DNA from: Pristiophorus japonicus
Lineage: Eukaryota
Length of the DNA stretch: 64,000 nt
Assembly: GCF_044704955.1 (NCBI RefSeq)
Contig: NC_091997.1
Span: 45,384,001 to 45,448,000, forward strand
Reading direction: 5' to 3'
Positions 37,891 to 51,094 of the stretch are shown piece by piece (positions within the stretch are counted from its first letter, which is position 1; each line of letters starts with the position of its first letter). The notes under the pieces are model-generated. The model was given only the letters and a program-made list of their open reading frames with translations. It searched no databases and was not told the DNA's origin. The position numbers were made by a program, and so were the translations under genes.

Positions 37891-40265
37891 TGGAAGCAAT
37901 ACAGTGGAGGAGGAGTTCCTGGAGCGTATTAGGGATGATGTATAGGGTTGGTTGTCGAGGAACTAACTAGAGGGCTGGCCATCCTAGACTGGGTGATGTG
38001 CAATGAGAAAGCAATCTTGTGTGAGGCCCCTTGGGGAAGAGTGACCATAATATGGTAGAATTCTTTAAGATGGAGAGTGATAGTTAATTCAGAGACGAGG
38101 GTCCTGAACTTAAGGAAAGATAACTTTGATGGTATGAGACCTGTATTGGCTAGGATAGACTGGAAAATGATACTTAAAGGGTTGACGGTGGATAGGCAAT
38201 GGCAAACATTTAAAGATCACATGGATGAACTTCAACAATTGTACATTCCTGGCTGGAGTAAAAATAAAACTGGGAAGGTGGCTCAACCGTGGCTAACAAG
38301 GGAAATTAAGGATAGTGTTAAATTCAAGGAAGAGGCATAAAAATTGGCCATAAAAAGCAGCAAACCTGAGGATTGGGAGAAATTTAGAATTCAGCAGAGG
38401 AGGGCAAAGGGTTTAATTAGGAGGGGGAAAATAGAGTATGAGAAGAAGCTTGCTGGGAACATAAAAACTGGCTGCAAAAGCTTCGATAGATATGCGAAGA
38501 GAAAAAGATTAGTGAAAACAAATTTAGGTCCCTTGCAGTCCGATTCGGGTGAATTTGTAATGTGGAACAAAGAAATGGCAGACCAGTTGAACAAATACTT
38601 TGGTTCTGTCTTCACGAAGGAATACACAAATAACCTTCCGGAAATACTAGGGGACCGAGGGTCGAGTGAGAAGGAGGAACTGAAGGAAATCCTTATTAGG
38701 CGGGAAATTATGTTGGGGAAATTGATGGGATTGAAGGCTGATAAATCCCTGGGGTCTGATGGTCTGCATCCCAGAGTACTTAAGGACGTGGTCCTAGAAA
38801 TAGTGGATGCATTGGTGATAATTTTCCAACAGTCTATCGACTCTGGATCAGTTCCTATGGACTGGAGGGTAGCTAATGTAACACCACTTTTTAAAAAAGG
38901 AGGGAGAGAGAAAACTGGTAATTATAGACCAGTTAGCCTGACATCAGTAGTGGGGAAAATGTTGGAATCGATTATTAAAGATGAAATAGCAGAACATTTG
39001 GAAAGCAGTGACCGGATCGGTCCAAGTCGGCATGGATTTATGAAAGGGAAATCATGCTTGACAAATCTTATGGAATTTTTTGAGGATGTAACTAGTAGAG
39101 TGGACAAGGGAGAACCAGTGGATGTAGTGTATTTGGATTTTCAAAAGGCTTTTGACAAGATCCCAAACAAGAGATTGATGTGCAAAATTGAAGCACATAG
39201 TATTGGGGGTAATGTACCGACGTGGATTGAGAACTGGTTGGCAGACAGGAAGCAGAGAGTCGTGATAGACAGGTCCTTTTCAGAATGGCAGGCAGTGACT
39301 AGTGGGGTGCCGCAGAGCTCAGTGCTGGGACCCCAGCTATTTACAATATACATTAATGATTTTAGATGAAGGATTTGAGTGTAATATCTCCAAGTTTTCA
39401 GATGACACTAAGCTGGGTGGCGGTGTGAGCTGTGAGGAGGACGCTAAGAGGCTGCAGGGTGACTTGGACAGGTTAGGTGAGTGGGCAAATACATGGCGGA
39501 TGCAGTATAATGTGGATAAATGAGATTATCCACTTTGGGGGCAAAAACATGAAGGCAGAATATTATCTGAATTGTGGCAGATTCGGTGCAACGAGACCTG
39601 GGTGTCATGGTACATCAGTCATTGAAAGTTGGCATGCAGGTATAGCAGGCGGTGAAGAAGGCAAATGGTATGTTGGCCCTCATAGCTAGGGGATTTGAGT
39701 ATAGGAGCAGGGAGGTCTGACTGCAGTTGTACAGGGAATATTGTGTTCAGTCAGTTTTGGTCTCCAAATCTGAGGAAGGACATTCCTGCTATTGAGGGAG
39801 TGCAGCGAGGGTTCACCAGACTGATTCCCGGGATGACAGGACTGACCTATGAAGAGAGACTGGATCGACTGGGCCTGTATTCACTGGAGTTTAGAAGGAT
39901 GAGAGGGGATCTCATAGAAACATATAAAATTCTGACGGGACTGGACAGGTTAGATGCAGGAAGAATGTTCCCGATGTTGGGGCAGTCCAGAACCAGAGAA
40001 CACAGTCTTAGGATAAGGGGTAGGCCATTTAGGGCTGAGATGAGGAGAAACTTCTTCAGAGTTGTTAACCTGTGGAATTCCCTACTGCAGAGTTGTTGAT
40101 GCCAGTTTATTGGATATATTCAAGAGGGAGTTAGATATGGCCCTTACGGCTAAAGGGATCAAGGGGTATGGAGAGAAAGCAGGAAAGGGATACTGAGGTG
40201 AATGATCAGCCATGATCTTATTGAATGGCGGTGCAGGCTCGAAGGGCTTACTCCTGCATCTATTT
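37891..40265 (+). mobile_element. CR1 LINE of about 2.4 kb, containing the longest ORF2 remnant (341 aa, 38344-39369)
   Basis: NYRPVSLTSVVGK, HGFMKGKSCLTNL, YLDFQKAFDK and GVPQSSVLGP; frameshift before the DD motif, so inactive. Confidence 0.93.
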
Positions 40266-41890
40266 TTACCTGCCTTTTGTCTGCCCCCTTTTTTAAACAG
40301 AAGCGTTGCATTAGCTGCTTTCCAATCCGATGGTACCTCCCCAGAGTCCAGAGAATTTTGGTAGATTATAACCAATGCATCTGCTATGACTTCCGCCATC
40401 TCTTTTAATACCCTGGGATGCATTTCATCAGGACCAGGGGACTTGTCTACCTTGAGTCCCATTAGCCTGTCCAGCACTACCCCCCTAGTGATGGTGATTA
40501 TCTCAAGATCCTCCCTTCCCACATTCCCGTGACCAGCAATTTTTGACATGGTTTTTGTGTCTTCCACTGTGAAGACTGAAGCATAATAATTGTTTAAGGT
40601 CCCAACCATTTCCACATTTCCCATTATTAAATCCCCCTTCTCATCTTCTAAGGGACCAACATTTACTTTAGTCACTCTCTTCCGTTTTATATATTGGTAA
40701 AAGCTTTTACTATCTGTTTTTATGTTTTGCGCAATTTTACTTTCATAATCTATCTTTCCTTTCTTTATTGCTTTCTTAGTCATTCTTTGCTGTCGTTTAA
40801 AATTTTCCTAATCTAGTTTCCCACTAACCTTGGCCACCTTATATGCATTGGTTTTTAATTTGATACTCTCCTTTATTTCCTTGGTTATCCATGGCTGGTT
40901 ATCCCTTCTCTTACCACCCTTCTTTTTCACTGGAATATATTTTTGTTGAGCACTATGAAAGAGCTCCTTAAAAGTTCTCCACTGTTCCTCAATTGTGCTA
41001 CCATTTAGTCTGTGTTCCCAGTCTACTTTAGCCAACTCTGCCCTCATCCCACTGTAGTCCCCTTTGTTTAAGCATAGTACACTCGTTTGAGACACTACTT
41101 CCTCACCCTCAATCTGTATTACAAATTCAACCCTACTGTGATCATTCATTCCGAGAGAATTATTTTACTAGGAGATCGTATATTATTCCTGTCTCATTAC
41201 ACAGGACCAGATCTAAGATAGCTTGCTCCCTTGTAGGTTCTGTAACATACTGTTCTCAGAAACAATCCCGTATAACATTCTATGAATTCCTCCTCCAGGC
41301 TACCCCGTGCGATTTGAGTTGACCAATCAATATGTAGGTTAAAATTGCCCATGATTACTGCCGTTCCTTTTTCACATGCCTCCATTATTCCCTTGATTAT
41401 TGTCCGCCCCACCGTGAAGTTATTATTTGGGGGCCTATAAACTACGCCCACCAGTGACTTTTTCCCCTTACTATCTCTAATCTCCACCCACAATGATTCA
41501 GCATTTTGTTCATTAGAGCCAATATCGTCTCTCACAACTGCCCTGATATCATCCTTTATTAACAGACCTACCCCACCTCTTTTCCCTTCTTGTCTGTCTT
41601 TCCGAATTGTCAGATACCCCTGTATGTTTAATTCCCAGTCTTGGCCACCCTGCAACCACGTTTCTGTAATGGCCACCAAATCATACCCATTTGTAATGAT
41701 TTGTGCCGTCAACTCATTTACTTTATTTCGAATGCTGCGTGCGTTTAGGTAGAGTGTTTTAATACTAGTTTTTAAACCATGATTTTTTTTGTTTTGGCCC
41801 CTCCTGCAGCCCCTTTATATTCATCAATATTGTCCCTTCCTATCACCTTGTGGTTTACACTTACCACAGTGCTACTCTGCTCTGTTGCCT
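40266..41890 (-). mobile_element. CR1 fragment from a different subfamily, endonuclease to pre-RT region
   Basis: YDLVAITETWL, VGVVYRPPN, MGNFNLHIDW and KSPGPDEMHPRVLKE motifs. Confidence 0.9.
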
Positions 41891-42900
41891 TACCTGCCTG
41901 AGTTAGTCACGCCCTCCTGTCTCTGACCATTAACCAAACCTGTACCACCATCTACCCGAAGGGGTAGGATCTGCCTCCTGAATTGAATTGTCCAGGTAAC
42001 TCTTCCCCTTCCTGATGCCATGCAACGTCTGCACCTCTGACTCCAGTTCAGGAACTCTGAGATGAAGTTTCCCGAGTGGCAGACACTTGCAGCCGATGTG
42101 ATTGTCTGCGGATCACGATGCTCTGCACAAGCTCCCACATGCTGCAGTTGTGGCACCCCACCTCCACTGCCATCCCTATATAACCTTTTATTTATTTTAA
42201 AAAATTTAAATTTTTAAAATATGGGCTCCTTTTTTAAACTGCTCCAGTTCCCGCTCTGCTCAGTGTTTTTGTTTATTAGCTGGTTTTTACTTATCTCTAC
42301 ATGTCAGATTTTAATGTAATGAAAATTTAAAACCCTTTAATGTTATCCTCTCTTTAGTTAATTCTAATTTAATCTCCCTAGAGCTGATGAATTAAACCCT
42401 AAACTTAATTATATAATTATTATAATTATATACTTGACTTGGTTATAAAATAAATTGATCACTTAGCTGTAGTTTCTCAGGCTCCTTCACTCCTCTGACA
42501 TCACCTTTTGAGATGTTTAAAAAAATTTTCCCTGCGTCAGAGGCAGAATTATTGATGAACTATGTTTTTCACTTGCTTGGTATCAAACTGAAGATGTTGC
42601 CACAATCTGTGAAATTGCAACTGCTTTAATGTAAGAACCTAAAATTTATGTAAGGCGATCTCCCCAGGTATCTTTTCAAATGGCTGGACATTTGACAGGT
42701 TACCAAATTAACACCCACTTTACATTGAACTTATTAGCCAAATAATAAAGGCCACCATTGTAGCGACCCTGTCAAACAGATATTTTTTTACTGGCTGAGT
42801 GGTTGCTACCATACACGTTGTTTTATTAGTTTTGTATTTGCCTTTAATCCCAAGTTTGTATTGAAAGCTGTTTTAATTCGAGCATTCGAACACTTTGTAG

Positions 42901-42975
42901 GCATGACCAACCGACCAGATTTGATTGATGATGCTCTCCTACGACCCGGCCGATTGGAAGTCAAAATGGAAATTG
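42901..42975 (+). CDS. NSF: NSF internal coding exon (75 bp; about exon 11), second region of homology with arginine fingers
   Basis: Translates (G)[24 protein letters not shown](G). Acceptor ctttgtag, donor GTAAGT at 42976, phase 1 to 1. Confidence 0.96.
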
Positions 42976-44296
42976 GTAAGTTTTGTCCCACCAGTGGAAG
43001 GTTTTTATTTCCTTGTTGTACCAGATATGTCTCGATCATTCAGGGTCTAACAGTGGTTTTAAACCAGCCCTCCAAATTATGTTTAAAATACATTTGAAGT
43101 CCTTAGTTTTTTGGACAGGCTGTCACGCAATTCTGTTCTGTCATGGACTTGCTATGTTGGTGCAGAACCATTGTCCCCTGTTGTGAACACGTGGGACTAA
43201 TTTCACCAGACTCTGCTGCTGTGTGAAGCACCGCTAGATCCCAATGCCTTATAGCACGGCTTCTCTGACATGTGCTTGCCACCAGCAGCAGAAGCTGGCA
43301 ATAATATCCTACGTCTATTTTCCAACTTTTTATTCTCTTTTAAGTTTGCACCTCCATACAAGAACACTAAGTTTGTTGCTGCTTCCAACTTGGTGGAGCA
43401 AAGGAACTTTGGCTGTGAAGAAAAGAGAAATGTCATTGCCTGTCTGTGGAGACACTGCTGATCATTTCACAGTTTTCCCTGCTCCAACTTTGCTCCAATG
43501 GGCACAGGGCTTCAATGAGTGAGTGACCTTTCGGCTTATCACTAATTCGGATTAAGGCAATGTTGTCTTTTAATAACTTGACAAAATGTTGTGTACATGA
43601 TGTGCCAGGTAACAAAAGGGCACTGTATCTTTTTAATGAGGAGTTATTTCTAGCTGCTCTTTCATTTTACTTCCCTTTGATGCCCAGCACTTGCTGGCAT
43701 GGCTCACCAAGGAAGTTTGCTTTCTAAAAGTTAATTTTCCCTACGGTGTTTTTGTTGGAGAAAGGCATACAATTAAACTACAAAGGTTACCTTTTCAGGT
43801 GTTGTGTGTAAACTGACACACAAGTCTTCAAAGATTCGCCCCTTTCCCCTCGACTCCTCCACCCATGCCCCTCCACCCCATAAAAGTTTCAGGTAGCAAG
43901 ATGGGGAAATAGCGAAATCCAAGATATATGTTGCACAGTCGGGTTTGAAGTCCATGGCCGCATATCTTTGGAATACTTACTGAAATTCGAGGCAGCGATT
44001 GCACAAGTTGGTGGCAGCAGACCCCCGCGAGCATGTGAAAAGCTAGAAATAAATTAAGCTCAATGATCAAATTACAATTTTATAGTTTCCAAAGTGTGTA
44101 CTGTATCCAATTGGACAAAAACCCTCTTTTGCCAAGTCTAAACTTGTATATGCAACAAATACTTCTCAACTTCAACTCGTAGCATTGTCACCTTTTGAGT
44201 TAATCGGCTCCGGTTTTGAGTCCCATACCAGAGCTTGAGCACTTAATCCAGGCTGACACTCTGCATTAGCAGAGGGATGCTGCAATGTTGGAGACG

Positions 44297-44830
44297 TCCA
44301 TATTTAAGAAAGGATATACTTGCTTTGGAGGCAGTTCAGAGAAGATTCACTCGATTGATTCTGGAGATGAGGGGGTTGACTTATGAGGAAAGGTTGAGTA
44401 GGTTGGGCCTCGACTCATTGGAATTTAGAAGAATGGGAGGTGATCTTATTGAAACATATAAGATTATGAGGGAGTTTGACAAGGTGGATGCAGAGAGGAT
44501 GTTTCCACTGATGGGAGAGACTAGAACTAGGGGGCATAATCTTGGAATAAGGGGTCGCCCATTTAAAACTGAGATGAGGAGGCATTTCTTCGGTTTGTAA
44601 ATCTCTGGAATTCGCTGCCTTAGAGTGCTGTGGAAGTTGGGTCATTGAATAAATTTAAGACCGAAATGGATAGTTTCTTAACCGATGAGGGAATAAGGGG
44701 TTATGGGAAGCGGAGTGGGCAGGGAAGTGGAGCTGAGTCCATGATCGGATCAACCATGATCGTATTAAATGGCAGAGCAGGCTCGAGAGGCCGTATGGCC
44801 TACTCCTGCTCCTATTTCTTATGTTCTTAT
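44297..44830 (+). mobile_element. CR1 3' fragment preceded by a short DeuSINE head (about 44210-44296)
   Basis: LEAVQRRFTRLI and GDLIETYKIM; tail ctatttcttatgttctt. Confidence 0.85.
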
Positions 44831-45499
44831 TAAATTCAGAGAATTGTGTGTTATACTAGTGAATCTCTGGCAATGCATTGTGGTAGGTCAGGGATATGCT
44901 GTTGGGACAAGCGTGTTGCCCGATGTAATATGCTATGTATTTTTCTGCTAGCATGCTATTATGTGTGACTTTGTGCACCCTTTTAAGGCCAGAGGTATAA
45001 TTGCTGTATCTTCCTGGATTAAGCAGCGATCAAGTGTTTTTGAGCAGATCGTTGGGTTGATTGGAGTTCAGACTGTTTGTGTTTTTTTAAAGTTTAAGTT
45101 TGCTCCTGAAGTCAGTTAGAAGGGTTTCTCTACATTGGAATTTTGTTTTGAGCTTTTTGATTAATGTGTACCCAGAAATCTTCAGGTTAACTGGACATCT
45201 CAAAAAGTTCACGTATAGAGAGATCTGTCATTGTGTTAAACATTGTGTACTTGTCTGCTCCCCATGTAAAAGGCTAATGATGCACCTCGGCATCTGCCAA
45301 TGCTGTTGGAAACATAGGAATAGGAGGAGGCTATTCAGCCCCACGAGCCTGGTCTGCTATTCAACTAGATCATGGATGATCTGTACCTTGATTCCATTTA
45401 CCCATCTTTTCTCCAATATCCCCTGATACCCTTACCCAACAAATATCAATTGATCGATCTTGAAAATTTCAATTGACCCAGACGGCTTGAAGTCCGATA

Positions 45500-45700
45500 C
45501 CTTCCAGAGTGTCTCTGCCTCTCTCTCGCTTCCTTTATGACGCACCTTAAAATGTACCTCTTTGAACATGCTCTTGGCCATCTGCCCTAATCTCATTATG
45601 TGGCTCGGTGTTCATTTTTTTGTTTGTTTTATAACCCTTCTGTGAAGCGTCTTGAGACGTTTTACTACATTAAAGGCACTATATAGATATAAGTTGTTGT
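45500..45700 (+). mobile_element. L2-like 3' end
   Basis: Tail gtgaagcgtcttgagacgttttactacattaaaggcactatata. Confidence 0.7.
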
Positions 45701-45772
45701 AGCCGATTGACTCTCTTCTGAAATATAAACCTTTTTGGGCCTGTGCTTGGCATCTTTCCCTTGCTAGCGATA

Positions 45773-46020
45773 GAAAGAAAGACTTGCATTTATATAGCGC
45801 CTTTCACAACCACCGGATGTCTCAAAGCGCTTTACAGCCACTGAAGTACTTCTTTGAAGTGTAGTCACTTTTTTAATGTGGGAAACGCGGCAGCCAATTT
45901 GCAAACAAACAAGCTCCCACAAACAGCAATGTGATAATGACCAGATCATCTGGGGTTTTTTATTAGTGATGCTGGATGAGGGATCAATACTGGCCAGGAC
46001 ACCGGGGATAACACCCCTGT
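45773..46020 (-). mobile_element. DeuSINE 3' half
   Basis: gaaagacttgcatttatatagcgcc; colinear with the reverse complement of 1160-1395. Confidence 0.8.
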
Positions 46021-46149
46021 TAGATTAAGGAACCTCTGACAGAGATTTCCAAAATTATGTAAGGTTTTGAGCGAATTAATAGTGAAAGACTGTTTCCACT
46101 GGTTGCTGAATCAGTTTAAAAAGGGCCATAGACTATTGGTTATCAACCA

Positions 46150-46410
46150 CATCAATTTGCATTTATATGGTGCCTTTAACTTGGTGAAACGTCCCAAGGC
46201 GCTTCTACAGGAGTATTACGAGACACAAAAATTCAACACCGAGCCATATAAGGAGAAATTAGGACAGATGACCAAAAGCTTGGTCAAAGAGGTAGGATTT
46301 AAGGAGCGTATTGAGGGAGGAAAGAGAGGTGGAGAGGCGGAGATGTTTAGGGAGTTCCAGAGCTTGTGGCCGATGCAACAGAAGGCATGGCCACCAATGG
46401 TGGAGCAATT
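46150..46410 (-). mobile_element. L2-like 3' end
   Basis: TIGGHAFCCIGHKLWNSL motif and L2 tail. Confidence 0.7.
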
Positions 46411-47064
46411 ATCACTAGGAGAATGAAAAGGAAATAAGAGGAAGCTCTCAATGCAGGGATTTGCAGGCGCGAAGCAACATTTTTGCACTTGATGGATTGC
46501 CCTTACTCCAGTGTCAATATTCCATATTTAACATTGGAAAAACATCAAATGTTTTTGCAGGTGTGGGAAATGTCAAAATTTCAAAAGCTGCTGAGCCAAT
46601 TCAGTACTGAAATAGCAAATGTATTCAATAGTTCTGAAGTTCTGTTCTCCTTGGTTAATGCTCTGAAGTTCATTGCTTGATTGAAAGTTCTTTCACTTCA
46701 TAAACATTGTTAGAAATACAGAATAATAGATGGATAAGAGAAAATTGTCGTCAACCCAGAGGCTCAGGTGACTTAGTAATTTTGTAAATATCACCGAACC
46801 AAAACTTATGGCAGTGTCCTGAAACTTTTGATCCATCTTTTGTGTATTGTGATGGTTTTCGACTACATCCATGTGCCGGACCTTGTCCAATATTGACATA
46901 CTCCCAAGGACCCAGATGGCAAGTTTGCCGAGGCTGCGCTTATGGCACCGAGCCTCGCCAGTGGCTAGTACAGGCCAGAGATGGCTCCGATTCTCTGACA
47001 CGTGCTCAGTACTGGGACCACCGCCTCACTGAGGGTGCCGGTTGCAGAAAGCATGGGAGGGATA

Positions 47065-47556
47065 TATTCTTCATCTTCATCATCATCATCATCATAGGCA
47101 GTCCCTCGGAATCGAGGAAGACTTGCTTCCACTCTAAAAATGAGTTCTTCGGTAGCTGAGCAGTCCAATATGCGAGCCACAGTCCCTGTCATAGGTGGGA
47201 CAGATAGTCGTTGAGGGAAAGGGTGGGTGGGATTGGTTTGCCGCATGCTCTTTCCGGAACCTGCGCTTGGTTTCTGCACGTTCTCGGCAATGAGACTCGA
47301 GGTGCTCAGTGCCCTCCCATATGCACTTCCTCCACTTAGGGCGGTCTTTGGCCAGGGAGACTCGGGTGTCGGTGGGGATGTTGCACTTTATCAGGGAGGC
47401 TTTGAGGGTGTCCTTGTAACGTTTCCGCTGCCCATCTTTGGCTTGTTTGCCATGAAGGAGTTCTGAGTAGAGCACTTGCTTTGGGAGTCTCGTGTCTGGC
47501 ATGCGGACAATGTGGCCTGCCCAGCGGAGCTAACCAAGTGTAGTCAGTGCTTCAAT
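47065..47556 (-). mobile_element. RTE 3' fragment with (CAT)n tail
   Basis: MPDTRLPKQVLYSEL...CPTYDRDCGSHIGL. Confidence 0.88.
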
Positions 47557-48229
47557 GGGAATATATTGTGCACCGTTGAAAATCCATGCATGTTGAATTT
47601 TGTCTTTTTGGATTGGATGGATGCATTAATAGTCATCACGTTGGTTCATGTACAGCTACAAAGGTCCTTTTGTACTGTAAGAGTGAAACAACCTGTTTTC
47701 CCCCCCCCGCATGCTTTGCAACCACCAATGAAGACACTCATTAAAATCGACTGGAGCAACACGAGTTGGTTTTCTTTGGTGCAAACCAGCCCCAGGGAAA
47801 GTGCACACAGCTCCTTTAACCACTGAGGAAACTTAATCTGCCGATTGTACATTCCTTGTTGATATTCCATTTGTAAGTACAGCCAGATAATGTGGAGCCC
47901 CGATAACCCTAATAGTTACCCTGTGGGAAATCCAGAAAGTTGGATAATTGGGGTGCTTATCCACAACAGGCTTTAGTTGACTAATACCGTACCAAGTCCA
48001 CTGGGTTGTTGCTCCGATGCCATCGTATGTAGTTACTTTGCTAATGTAGACCTCGTAATGCAGACAGCAAAGCTATGAAAACCATCTGCTATTTTTGGGG
48101 AAAGGGAAAAAAAGCTTGGCACAGCAGGAAATGTGACTCGTCATTGGTAAGTTCTTGGATGTTGAAGTTGTGATAAGTTTTGAACGTGTCTGTCCATTTG
48201 TTCCTGCTGTTCGTCTCGCTCCCCATCAG

Positions 48230-48417
48230 GTTTGCCCGATGAGAAAGGACGAGTGCAGATTCTGAATATCCACACAGCAAGAATGCGAGAGCACAATCTG
48301 CTCAGCGACGACGTGGATATTCTCGAACTGGCCCAGGAGACCAAGAATTTCAGTGGTGCGGAGTTGGAGGGTCTAGTGCGAGCTGCTCAGTCAACCGCAA
48401 TGAACCGACACATAAAG
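48230..48417 (+). CDS. NSF: NSF internal coding exon (188 bp; about exon 12), D1 helical subdomain
   Basis: Translates (G)[62 protein letters not shown]. Acceptor ctccccatcag, donor GTAAGC at 48418, phase 1 to 0. Confidence 0.97.
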
Positions 48418-49302
48418 GTAAGCACGGGCATTTGGGTGCCTGGTCGCAGTTTCCTAACCTACATGGTAGTTACGTTAATAATTGCACCAGAAACTGGAAC
48501 ATCTTAATTTGCATAACTGCACTAAGGTATCTGCTTGATTGCAATCTCTTGTTACTGTACATTACCTCAATTAAGTACCTCTGCCTCCTGCTGAAATATT
48601 GATATAGTTGTATTTTAACGCTGCTGGACAGATTCCTACAGGATGTGCTGTTTTTCCTGTGAGTTGAACTTCCGTAGATCCATATGGACTTTAAATGGTT
48701 ACATTAGAATGGAAGTTAAACAAACCAGAAGTCTGTACTATAAAACCGTTCCACCCTGACGGGGCTGTATGCAATCTTACAAAGCGGCTCAGAGCTGTAA
48801 TTTTTTCCCTTCCCCCACCTTTCCATTTCTGGGACTGCTCCCGACAAATCCAAGTGTTAACGGTTATACACACTATCTACAGCATTGCACAGGGCCATAC
48901 TGAAGCTCTTAGTATGTAATAAAACTTACTGCCAATGACTTGAGCTGCCTAGTGCTTGCGAATCTCCAAATGGAAGATTAAACACATCAAAAAATGTGAC
49001 TTTGGTATAAATTACAAATCCAGTTTATATTGAAAGTATAAACTGAACAGTAGAAAATCAATATGGCAGATTTCACATGACTTGCATTATTTAATGTTAA
49101 AGTTAGAGCTAGGCCATTCAGAAATAGTATCAGGAAGCATTTCTTCAGAGGGTGGTAGAAATACGGAACTCTGTCCCCCAAAAGGCGGAGGATGCTGTCA
49201 AGACTGTGATAGATTAGTGCTTGGTAAGCATATCCAGGGATATGGATCAAAGACAGGTAAATAAGGTTGTGGTACCGATCAGCGACAGCACCTCCCAAAT
49301 CT

Positions 49303-49905
49303 AGAACGTAAGAACATAAGAAATAGAAGCAGGCGCACGCAGGCCATTTGGCCCCTCGAGCCTGCTCCGCCATTTAATAAGACCATGGCTGATCTGATCA
49401 TGGACTCTGCTCCACTTCCCTGCCCACTCCCCATAAATCTTTATTCTCATCGCTCAATGATCTGTCTATCTCCGCCTTAAATATATTCAATGACCCAGGC
49501 TCCACAGCGCTCTGGGGCAGAGAATTCTACAGATTTACAACCCTCAGAGAAAAAATTCCTCCTCATCTCAGTTTTAAATGGGCGGCCCCTTATTCTGAAA
49601 CTGTCCCCTAGTTTTAGTTTCCCCTATGAGTGGAAATATCCTCTCTGCATCCACCTTGTCGAGCCCCCTCATTATCTTATATGTTTCAATAAGATCACCT
49701 CTCATTCTTCTGAACTCCATTGTGTATAGGCCCAACCTATCTTCATAAATCAACCCCCTCATCTCCGAAATCAACTTGGTGAACCTTCTCTGAAGAGCCT
49801 CCAATGCAAGTATATCCTTCCTTTTAATACGGAGACCAAAACTGCACGCAGTACTCCAGGTGTGGCCTCACCAATACCCTGTACAGTTGTAGCAGGACTT
49901 CTCTG
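49303..49905 (-). mobile_element. CR1 3' fragment
   Basis: QRRFTKLI and RGDLIETYKIMRGL; same subfamily as 44297-44830 but in the opposite orientation. Confidence 0.85.
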
Positions 49906-49909
49906 CGGC

Positions 49910-50155
49910 CTATACCACCTAGAAGGGTAAGGGCAGCCAAGTCACACACCATCCTGACTTGGAAATATATCCCGTTCCTTCATTGTCGTTGGGTCAAATT
50001 TCTGGAATTCCCTCCCTAATAGCACTGTGGGAGTACCTTCACCTCGCAGACTGCAGCAGTTCAAGGCATCTCACCACCACCTCTTCAAGGGCAATTAAGG
50101 ATGAACAATAGATGCTGGCCTTGCCAGCAATGTCCACATCCCATGAATGAATTAA
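49910..50155 (+). mobile_element. 3' end of the LINE family seen at 19680-21745
   Basis: tggaattccctccctaa (WNSLP) followed by ctcaccaccacctcttcaagggcaatt...gctggccttgccagc. Confidence 0.65.
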
Positions 50156-50177
50156 ACAAAAACCATGATCTAATTGA

Positions 50178-50500
50178 AGAAAGAAAGACTTGCATTTATA
50201 TAGCACCTTTCACAACCACCGGACGTCTCAAAGTGCTTTACAGCCAATGAAGTACTTTTGGAGTGTAGTCACTGTTGTAATGTGGGAAATGCGGCAACCA
50301 ACCTGCGCACAGCAAGCTCCCACAAACAGCAATGTGATAATGACCAGATAATCTGTTTTTATATTGATGGAGGGATAAATATTGGCCAGGACACTGGGGA
50401 TAACTCCACTGCTCCTCTTTGAAATAGTGTCAAGGGATTTTTTTTACGTCCACCTGAGAGAGCAGACGAGGCCTCGGTTTAACGTCTCATCCAAAAGGCG
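50178..50500 (-). mobile_element. DeuSINE 3' two-thirds
   Basis: Reverse complement colinear with about 1075-1395. Confidence 0.8.
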
Positions 50501-51094
50501 GGCAGAATAGGCTTGAAGGGCTGAAAGGCCGACTCGTGTTCCTATGTATACTACATCTCCTGGGTACTAACTATAGTAAGATTGAACACTTGATTCACCC
50601 TCATACTTAACCTGGCAAAGCGTCTAACATTATTTGTGAGGTTTCCTCTCGCAATCACCAAGGCTATAGGTGTCCACCTTCACACAGGCTGCTGTAGGGC
50701 AGGAAGACCTGGAGCAGTAGAAGACTACCTCTCATTCCCGTCTATTCCCCCTTGAAGTTTAAAATGGGGTACAGGAAATCAATAAGAGTCTTCCACAGTT
50801 GAACAAATCAAATTGAAGAGATGGTTTCTTGAACCTCAGCCAGGAGTTGGACATAATCCATTTGCAAGTGGTTCCAAGCACCTTCACCATAACTAAAGCC
50901 AGCAATCTGTATTCGGTGGTAGTTTTACACTTGCTTCGCACTGGAAGAGGAATGCTCTGTCTCCCGAGTGAGTATGAAAGGCTTTGAATATCATTGGCAC
51001 ACTGATTACTTGTGAGATAGTTAGTGCACTGTTCTTTCCCCCCTCTTCCTGTAAACGACAAAGGACAAGAGGACAGACAGGCAACTTGCTCTCA

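Noticed and set aside
38344-39369. Longest ORF (341 aa) as a host gene or active reverse transcriptase
   Set aside because: It is a CR1 ORF2 fragment bounded by a stop and a frameshift, and the catalytic DD motif is in another frame.
42410-42432. AT-only palindrome TATATAATTAT-T-ATAATTATATA
   Set aside because: Low-complexity sequence in an AT-rich tract; readily explained by chance or slippage.
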